This document shows, in pieces, positions 59,297-64,000 of a DNA stretch of 64,000 bases; positions within the stretch are counted from its first letter, which is position 1, and every line of letters begins with the position of its first letter. Source of the DNA: an uncultured archaeon. GTDB lineage: Archaea > Thermoplasmatota > Thermoplasmata > Thermoplasmatales > Thermoplasmataceae. The notes under the pieces are model-generated. The model was not told where the DNA came from and did no database searches. It saw only the letters and a program-made list of their open reading frames with translations. Position numbers and translations under genes: made by a program. The stretch lies in the NCBI GenBank assembly GCA_000965745.1, contig CP009479.1, positions 2,080,001 through 2,144,000 of the forward strand, in the 5' to 3' direction.

Positions 59297-59763
59297 CCCT
59301 CCACGCTTTCCTCGCCGCTGTTTGAAGTTCTATGGTCCCGGCTGCATATTGAAGCAAAGTAATTCTTATCGGGAGATTAACAAAAACATGGGAGTTGCAC
59401 TCGACCGTTTCTCCTCTGTATTCCAGCATGACATGTTTTAAAAAGATCAGAAGCAGGTGGGGAAGGGAATTTCTTGTCCGGGGCTCACCCCATGGTCACG
59501 GGAATGCAGAGTCTTGGGGTGGCTTTTTAAGAAGTGATTTACAAAATCTCAGCCAGCCAATGAAACCGAAACCGGATTTGACACATTGAAGTGTTCTCCG
59601 GGAAAATTGATCGCCTTTCGTTGGGGCATAACAGTCAAGCATGTGAGTGTCTATTCCCTGCTGCGTTATTTGTATTGCTTTCCTTCCTGATTCGCGGTTC
59701 CTGCCGTTGAGTGAAGCTCACCCTGAAGCAGTCCTGAAATAAGAATTGTCTGTTTTTCAGACC

Positions 59764-61218
59764 TTATGTCTTGCGTTCTGCATAAGCATTCTTGGCCGCC
59801 GTTACTGAATATTTCTTCCAGCGGTCAAGCACAGGCAGATGGTCATCGGCCACCTGGTCCATAACGTTAAGGTAGGAAAGTATCCCATTAACTGCCCTGT
59901 CTGCGTCCCTTACTGCAGAAATCAGGTCTCTGTTCGGGTTTGTTGAATCTCCTCCTGAAAATACGCCCTTGATCGAAGTCATTCCGGCTTCGTCTATTAT
60001 GGGAGACCCCTGGGGCGTGAGCCTCAGTTGCCTCAAGTTTTCTTCCCCGATAAATGAATAATCGGTTTCCTGTCCGGTAGCTTCTATCACGCAGTCAGCG
60101 GGTATTGTGTGAACTTTGTCCTTCTGGGGCACCGGTTTTGCCCTGCCCCTGCCTTCTGTAACCATCTCGTTTACCCAGTACTTGACTGCCACGATTCTGT
60201 TGCCTTCCTTTACGTATTCAAACGGCGTGACTTCCCAGTCGTACTTGACGTTCTCTTCCAGAGATTCCTCCATTTCCTCGTCTGCATTCATTGAAGGATA
60301 ACCTGGGCGGTCAATCTCCCTTCTCCTGTACATTATGTGGACGTTTTCTGCCCCAAGCCTCATCGCTGTCCTGGAACAGTCGTTTGCAGTGAATCCTCCG
60401 CCCACAATCACGACGTTCTTCCCAACATCGATATGTTCCCCAAGGCTGACTCTCTTGAGGAATTCTATTCCATGGTACATGTTCTCTGCGTCGCTGCCCG
60501 GAGTTCCCGTCATCCTTGGCTTGTGGTTTCCTACTCCAACAAAGACCGCGTCGTAGTCCCTGGTGAGCTCTTCGAATGTGACTTCCTCGCCGATTCTTGT
60601 GTTGAGATGGACGTCAACTCCCTGGGAAGTAATGAAGCCAATCTCTTTTTCCAGAACGTCGTCAGGCAGCCTGTAACGCGGGATCCCTGTCTTCATGAAC
60701 CCACCAAGCGCAGGAAGTGACTCAAAAAGTGAGACTTTAACCCCCTGGATTGACAGGTAAAAAGCAACAGTGAGCCCGGCAGGCCCGCCCCCTATGATTG
60801 CCACTTTCTTGTCCAGGAATTTCTTCTTTGGTGTTTTTATTATCTGGGAATAGTCATCGAACTGGTCTGCTGCATATCTCTTCAGATGCCTGATGGCGAT
60901 TGGCCCACCCGTGTCATAAAGAACGCATATGTCTTCACACAGATGGGTGCATACTCTGCCTATGATGGCAGGAAATGGTAATGTTTCAAAGACGATTCTT
61001 ACTGTTTGTGCTGGATCACCTACTGCAGTGCTGTTAATATATCCGCCAATGTCGAGGCTTGCGGGACAGGCCTGAGTGCAAATGTTACAGCCTATGCACC
61101 TGCTGGCTTCGGCAACAGCTTCATGCTCAGTATACTCCAGAAGCGGTTCAACAGCGAATGTTTTTACCCTCTCTTCAGAAGGTTCATGCTTGATTTTCAC
61201 TCTCTCGAAATTGAGCAT
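59764..61218 (-). CDS. GltD/SudA/NfnB-like NAD(P)H-dependent FeS flavoprotein
   Basis: RCIGC..CTQACP, GRVCTHLCEDIC, GGGPAG, GIPRYRLP, GGGFTANDC, YRR; start moved to MLNFERV. Confidence 0.9.
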   Translation of the reverse strand: MLNFERVKIKHEPSEERVKTFAVEPLLEYTEHEAVAEASRCIGCNICTQACPASLDIGGYINSTAVGDPAQTVRIVFETLPFPAIIGRVCTHLCEDICVLYDTGGPIAIRHLKRYAADQFDDYSQIIKTPKKKFLDKKVAIIGGGPAGLTVAFYLSIQGVKVSLFESLPALGGFMKTGIPRYRLPDDVLEKEIGFITSQGVDVHLNTRIGEEVTFEELTRDYDAVFVGVGNHKPRMTGTPGSDAENMYHGIEFLKRVSLGEHIDVGKNVVIVGGGFTANDCSRTAMRLGAENVHIMYRRREIDRPGYPSMNADEEMEESLEENVKYDWEVTPFEYVKEGNRIVAVKYWVNEMVTEGRGRAKPVPQKDKVHTIPADCVIEATGQETDYSFIGEENLRQLRLTPQGSPIIDEAGMTSIKGVFSGGDSTNPNRDLISAVRDADRAVNGILSYLNVMDQVADDHLPVLDRWKKYSVTAAKNAYAERKT

Positions 61219-61363
61219 ATTGGTGATCTGTTCATAATTATCACAAGCGTTATAAACGTTTTTTAGCAATCGGAGCATCAAAAACAGCGCGTTAATCCGA
61301 CTCATGGATGCATATATCTATCACCCGATCGGGGTATTTCCGAATTTCATACCGGGTTGCGGA

Positions 61364-61765
61364 TCAGTTTCCAATAAGTCCCGGGATGAAAAGCATTGCC
61401 ACGAATATGTTCACCAGCACTATGGCGCTGAGCAACCCATAGATATAGTTCTTTTCTTTAACGTATGCCACAAAGGCAACAAACACCACTGTGACTGGTG
61501 TCATGATGAGCACCCAGAGCCCCAGGGTTATGTAATAGACTGCATCAAGTGATATCAGGCCGGCAGGTATGCCTGTAAGCGGCACCAGTGAAGAGTTCAG
61601 TGTTGATGAGGGTGCCTCATAGTTGACCAACTGGGAAAGGGTAAAATTGTCTGCTGTCCCTCTGATGAAGAGCATGATCACCCCTATGACAATTATGGCT
61701 ATGCTTGCGTTGACACCTATCATAAGAACCCTGCTTGTAACGTAATAACGATCTAGCTTGGCCGT
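61364..61765 (-). CDS. DUF1634-family membrane protein (start uncertain: ACG 61765 or ATG 61723)
   Basis: LGLWVLIMTPV..V...F..EKNYIY pattern; directly downstream of tauE. Confidence 0.82.
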   Translation of the reverse strand, partial: TAKLDRYYVTSRVLMIGVNASIAIIVIGVIMLFIRGTADNFTLSQLVNYEAPSSTLNSSLVPLTGIPAGLISLDAVYYITLGLWVLIMTPVTVVFVAFVAYVKEKNYIYGLLSAIVLVNIFVAMLFIPGLIGN

Positions 61766-62736
61766 GCGACCGCCTCCTTCCTCCTGCTCACTATGTATAT
61801 AGAAAAGATCAGTACGAATGCAAACACTGCAGAAATTGCCAACCTGATTATATCATTCAGCACAAGCATTGATTCTGCATTCAGGCCCTTTAGAACCATC
61901 TGAGCCCCGAGGAACGAAAGAATCGAGAAGAATATCCATCTGATGTTCTTGTTGCTTATCCTGACAAGAATCTTGGCTCCCAGAAACGCTCCAATGAGGA
62001 CGCCAATTGCAGTTGACGCAACTATGAAGAACTGGATGTATCCTTCATACCAGTATATCGATGTCCCAGTCGCTGCGGTTATCCCCACCATGAAGTTGCT
62101 GGTAGTTGTTGCAACCTTCATGGGGAGATTCATGATGCCGTCCATTGCGAGAACGTTGAGTGCCCCTCCGCCTATACCAAGCAAACCGGACAGCGTTCCT
62201 GAAACGAATACTACTATCTCTCCGAGCCACCATCTTACTCCACTGTACTTGATTTCCTTCTTCATTTTTGAGTCGAAATACGACCCCACGAGCTGGAAAA
62301 TTCCTGTTGACCTGTCCTTTTTCAGTTCCTGCGGCAGTTCATACTTTCCTCTTCTTATTGTTGGTATCAGGGAAAAGAGCAGGACCAGCCCGAATATGAC
62401 ATAAATTACGCCCTCCAGCCCCTTAGTGTATACATAGACAGCAAGGCTTGCCCCCACTATGACCCCCAGAGTCGTGGATACCTCGAGGCCTATTCCTACC
62501 TTTATATTGGCTATCCTCTCCCTGGTGTAGGCACTTGCCGAACCTGCAGAAGTAGCAATTGAGGATATGAGTCCTGCACCGGCCGCAAAGTAAAGGGGAA
62601 CGCCCATGAACAGGGACAGAATTGGGACGATGACTGTCCCCCCGCCGAGTCCGGTGAGGGAGCCAATAAGCCCGCCGAGAATCCCACTGACTACTATCAG
62701 GATGAACTTGATGACAGCAGCGTAGACTGTGATCAT
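61753..62736 (-). CDS. TauE/SafE-family sulfite/organosulfur exporter
   Basis: GSLTGLGGG..IVP and SGLLGIGGG...MKVATTTSNFM repeats. Confidence 0.92.
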   Translation of the reverse strand: MITVYAAVIKFILIVVSGILGGLIGSLTGLGGGTVIVPILSLFMGVPLYFAAGAGLISSIATSAGSASAYTRERIANIKVGIGLEVSTTLGVIVGASLAVYVYTKGLEGVIYVIFGLVLLFSLIPTIRRGKYELPQELKKDRSTGIFQLVGSYFDSKMKKEIKYSGVRWWLGEIVVFVSGTLSGLLGIGGGALNVLAMDGIMNLPMKVATTTSNFMVGITAATGTSIYWYEGYIQFFIVASTAIGVLIGAFLGAKILVRISNKNIRWIFFSILSFLGAQMVLKGLNAESMLVLNDIIRLAISAVFAFVLIFSIYIVSRRKEAVARPS

Positions 62737-62846
62737 TAAACCATGAACACCACTGGTTATAAAAAATCTGATAATTCGCTATTTCGCTGGATTGGCTTTT
62801 TGTAGTGAAGTATTTATATTTTCTTAGCATAGTATGCAGATTACAA

Positions 62847-63857
62847 ATGACCATCAGCCTATCGGAACTAAGGTTCGGTGATGAACTAATTAAGAGAGGC
62901 TTCGCCAAGATGACAAAAGGCGGAGTTATAATGGATGTTACAAACGCAGAGCAGGCCAGGATTGCTGAAGAATCTGGAGCAGTCTCTGTCATGGCCCTCG
63001 AGAGAGTGCCTGCAGACATCAGAGCCGCTGGTGGAGTGGCCAGAATGGCAGACCCTGAAAAAATTAAGGAGATCATTGACGCAGTATCTATACCCGTCAT
63101 GGCCAAGGTAAGAATTGGCCACGTTAGCGAGGGGTACACGCTTGAAGCCCTTGGAGTAGACATGCTTGACGAGAGCGAAGTCCTCACTCCTGCAGACCCT
63201 TTTTTCCATCTGTATAAAAAAGAGTTGAAGGTGCCAGTAGTGTGCGGGGCCAGAATGCTGCCCGAAGCAGTAAGAAGGATCTTCGAGGGAACTGCCATGA
63301 TCAGGACGAAGGGTGAAGCTGGTACAGGCAATATTATTGAGGCTGTCAGGCACATAAGAATGGTAAATGAAGGCATCAGGGTGCTGAAGACTCTTGACAG
63401 TGACCAGATAAACAAGGTGGCAAGAAATATTTCCAGTTCTTACAAAACCCTCAGGAAGGCTGTTTCAAAGGATCTGTTTCTTGACGAGGAATATCTCGGC
63501 GGGAAAGAACTCTATTACAGCATGGACGGAGATTATATAGAGAAGGAGCTCGTCAAAGTCCTGAAAGAGATCAAGAAGCTTGGACGGCTCCCTGTTGTCA
63601 ACTTTGCTGCCGGAGGTGTAGCAACCCCCGCCGATGGTGCCTTAATGATGAATCTGGGTGCCGACGGAGTCTTTGTGGGGAGTGGAATATTCAAGTCCCC
63701 CAACCCCAAGGTGATGGCAAAGGCAGTAGTTGAAGCAGTCGAGAACTATGAAGACTACAAATTAATCGGGTCGGTGTCGAGTGGCCTTTCCGGAATGATC
63801 GGTACCGATATGGAGGAAATTCCAAAGGAAATGAGGCTTCAGGAAAGAGGATGGTAG
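62847..63857 (+). CDS. pdxS: Pyridoxal 5'-phosphate synthase subunit PdxS
   Basis: [45 protein letters not shown]; start moved to MTISLSE. Confidence 0.97.
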   Translation: MTISLSELRFGDELIKRGFAKMTKGGVIMDVTNAEQARIAEESGAVSVMALERVPADIRAAGGVARMADPEKIKEIIDAVSIPVMAKVRIGHVSEGYTLEALGVDMLDESEVLTPADPFFHLYKKELKVPVVCGARMLPEAVRRIFEGTAMIRTKGEAGTGNIIEAVRHIRMVNEGIRVLKTLDSDQINKVARNISSSYKTLRKAVSKDLFLDEEYLGGKELYYSMDGDYIEKELVKVLKEIKKLGRLPVVNFAAGGVATPADGALMMNLGADGVFVGSGIFKSPNPKVMAKAVVEAVENYEDYKLIGSVSSGLSGMIGTDMEEIPKEMRLQERGW

Positions 63858-63863
63858 AGGGAA

Positions 63864-64000
63864 ATAACTGATCTGTACGTAGTCACAGTAATAATCCTGC
63901 TTGTGGCGCTGTTCGCAGCGTCCAGGATACTCAACATATTCGATCTTAAGGGTAGCACTGCGGCTCTCTTCGTGGGAGCGTTTGTAGTGTTCACCGGAAC
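63864..64000 (+). CDS. DUF92/TMEM19-like membrane protein, N-terminal fragment (start uncertain)
   Basis: Translated by hand: ITDLYVVTVIILLVALFAASRILNIFDLKGSTAALFVGAFVVFTG; runs off the window. Confidence 0.6.
   Translation, partial: MTDLYVVTVIILLVALFAASRILNIFDLKGSTAALFVGAFVVFTG

Noticed and set aside
62423-63415. 330-aa minus-strand ORF
   Set aside because: Antisense shadow of pdxS plus an off-frame overlap with tauE; no motifs
63380-63560. Insertion of about 40 aa in PdxS relative to bacterial enzymes
   Set aside because: As far as I recall, similar insertions occur in other archaeal PdxS proteins; no intein motifs
63852-63866. Amber read-through or pyrrolysine fusion of PdxS to the downstream membrane protein
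   Set aside because: QERGW is the canonical PdxS C-terminus and no pyl genes are seen; a separate start is simpler
1-64000. tRNA, rRNA, CRISPR array, provirus or integrase
   Set aside because: No cloverleaf, rRNA-like tract, regularly spaced repeats or viral hallmark genes seen by eye; tRNAscan-SE and a CRISPR finder would be decisive

Overview
Gene-dense archaeal chromosomal segment, most consistent with a motile member of the Thermoplasmatales. Evidence: archaeal information-processing genes (rps15, nep1, tiaS, trm5, hel308, aEF-1beta, archaeal pheT/serS), an euryarchaeal flaB-C-D/E-F-G-H-I-J archaellum operon and a giant AglB. The left 18 kb is accessory: a glycosyltransferase/nucleotidyltransferase/methyltransferase group, a metal-transporter-like protein, tusA, msrB, an NAD-linked formate-dehydrogenase-like operon with an ABC-2 exporter, and a non-autonomous IS200/IS605 (IS1341-type) element encoding an intact TnpB. 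Both ends, the TAM and the empty site of that element can be read from the sequence. The rest is mostly housekeeping, ending in a sulfur/redox group (GltD-like flavoprotein, DUF1634, TauE) and pdxS. I saw no rRNA, tRNA or CRISPR array. Most notable: (1) the TnpB element inserted exactly at a host stop codon; (2) a 2109-aa AglB fused to a long surface-protein-like stalk; (3) a divergent pair apparently built from orphaned NitT/TauT ABC-transporter modules; (4) three genes that appear to need near-cognate start codons (CTG, ACG, ATA/CTG); (5) a tandem ribbon-helix-helix regulator with a candidate operator shared with an uncharacterised membrane protein; (6) structured leaders before rps15 and ahcY. 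All family calls come from motif recognition, not database searches.
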